A DNA stretch of 64,000 bases from an uncultured Solirubrobacteraceae bacterium. Its GTDB lineage: Bacteria > Actinomycetota > Thermoleophilia > Solirubrobacterales > Solirubrobacteraceae. The notes under the pieces were generated by a model that searched no databases, was not told where the DNA came from, and worked only from the letters and a program-made list of their open reading frames with translations. Positions 62,669 to 64,000 of the stretch are shown in pieces; within the stretch, counting starts at the first letter, position 1, and each line of letters starts with the position of its first letter. The stretch is taken from NCBI GenBank assembly GCA_963763945.1, contig CAVXQF010000002.1, positions 23,635 through 87,634 on the forward strand. The letters are read 5' to 3'. Both the position numbers and the translations under genes were made by a program.

Positions 62669-63313
62669 ATGTCCACGCCGGAGCAGCGAACGTCGGAGTA
62701 CGAGCGCCTCGGCGTCACGCCGACGCCGGACGACGGAACGCGCCTGAGCGAGCAGGCGGCGTGGGACGAAGCGACGCGCCCGCACCGCGCGCCGTCGGGC
62801 GAGGACGTCGTGTACAGCGAGCGCGGCCGCCACACGGGGCAGCACCTGATCGACGTGCACGACATGCTGCGGCGGGAGCTCGATGAGCTGCGCAAGCTGC
62901 TCGAGCAGGTGCGGGAAGGCGCGATCAGCGCGGGCGAGGCGCGCTCGGCGCTGAACGAGATGGCGATGCGCCAGAACGACTGGACGCTCGGCGCGTTCTG
63001 CGCGCGCTACTGCCGCGCGGTGGCCCAGCACCACGGGCTCGAGGACGACGCCGTGTTCCCGCACCTCGCCCAGAGCGATCCGAGCCTCGCGCCGGTGATC
63101 GATCGCCTCGGCGAGGAGCACCTCGTGATCGGAGATGCGATCGAGCGGATCGACGGGGCGCTCGTGCAGCACATCAACGATCGCGAGGACTTCGAGCCGC
63201 TGCAGCGCGCGCTCGACTTCCTCACGGACGCGCTCCTCTCGCATCTCTCATACGAGGAGCACGAGCTCGTTCAGCCGCTCGCGCGGCTCGGCTTCTACGC
63301 GGATCAGCTGTAG
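62669..63313 (+). CDS. Hemerythrin HHE-domain protein
   Basis: VHDMLR, HHGLED, EEHLVI, HLSYEE. Confidence 0.88.
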   Translation: MSTPEQRTSEYERLGVTPTPDDGTRLSEQAAWDEATRPHRAPSGEDVVYSERGRHTGQHLIDVHDMLRRELDELRKLLEQVREGAISAGEARSALNEMAMRQNDWTLGAFCARYCRAVAQHHGLEDDAVFPHLAQSDPSLAPVIDRLGEEHLVIGDAIERIDGALVQHINDREDFEPLQRALDFLTDALLSHLSYEEHELVQPLARLGFYADQL

Positions 63314-63433
63314 ATCGAGTCGGGCGATTCCGCAGCGCAGCGAGATCGCCTGCGGAGCGGAGCAAAGCCGCACACCCTGGCCAATCGGCCAGTATGATCG
63401 CGGCAGCTATCGGCAACGAGGAGGGGAGACCAG

Positions 63434-64000
63434 ATGGCGTCGGTTGGCAGCGATCTCGAGCACACGCTGATGGCGGAGCGCGCGCTGTGGAAGGACGGCC
63501 CGCCATACGAGGTCTTCAAGCAGATGCGCGGCGAGTGCCCGGTGCACTGGACGGCGGGGGTCACGGAGTACCCGGAGGAGCGCGGCTTCTGGTCGGTGAC
63601 GACGGCGGAGGACATCCACACGGTCTCGCGCGATTGGCAGACGTACTCCTCGGGCACGGGCGTGACGGCGGTCTCGGACGTGTTCCCGCTGGAGCTGACG
63701 CAGGCGATGTTCATCGGCATGGACCCGCCCAAGCACGACCGCCTGAAGGCCCTGTTCCAGGCGGGCTTCACGCCGAAGCGGATCGCGGCGCACGAGCAGG
63801 AGATCCGCGAGATCGTCAACGAGGTGCTCGATCGCCTGGAGGGGCGGGAGACGTGCGACCTCGTGTGCGACGTGGCGCAGCCGGCCGTCTCGCGCGTGAT
63901 CGGCAGCTTCATGGGTATCCCGCCCGAGGACGACGCGGCGTGGGCGCGGCTGATGAACTCGGCGCTGGCGGGCGATGACAAAGACCTCAACCCGGAGGGC
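63434..64000 (+). CDS. Cytochrome P450, 5' part (runs off window)
   Basis: PVHW, GFWSVT..EDI..VSRD...YSS, MDPPKHDRLK..FTPKRI; GAGG RBS. Confidence 0.9.
   Translation, partial: MASVGSDLEHTLMAERALWKDGPPYEVFKQMRGECPVHWTAGVTEYPEERGFWSVTTAEDIHTVSRDWQTYSSGTGVTAVSDVFPLELTQAMFIGMDPPKHDRLKALFQAGFTPKRIAAHEQEIREIVNEVLDRLEGRETCDLVCDVAQPAVSRVIGSFMGIPPEDDAAWARLMNSALAGDDKDLNPEG

Overview
High-GC actinobacterial chromosomal window. Gene content (short HisG plus HisZ, short EF-Ts, single-motif RsiG) suggests Thermoleophilia/Solirubrobacterales; this is inference. It opens with the 3' half of a 23S rRNA gene interrupted by two group I introns (one encoding a LAGLIDADG endonuclease), then 5S rRNA. Next come a DUF2600 terpene-cyclase/ABC-exporter cluster, murA, a his operon interleaved with toxin-antitoxin modules, pgeF-yggS-sepF-proC-yggT-lspA-rluD, and rpsB-tsf-pyrH-frr-uppS-cdsA. 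An accessory island (Phd fusion, RelE-like, membrane protein, IPT/TIG protein, IS630) precedes dxr-rseP-ispG, sodA, proS and rsiG-FHA-MerR-apt. A heavily frameshifted stretch (~46.7-52.8 kb, probably sequencing error) is followed by WS/DGAT, a GGDEF protein, a c-di-AMP riboswitch-rlpA unit and a partial P450. The strongest novelty candidate is at 38370-38714: a non-canonical 8/4 'allo-tRNA' (Ser-like body, Ile GAU anticodon) followed by a structured RNA carrying a perfect 14-nt complement to its anticodon arm and a T-box-like UGGUACC bulge, possibly an RNA antidote to a mistranslating tRNA. All structures were folded by eye and no database searches were run.
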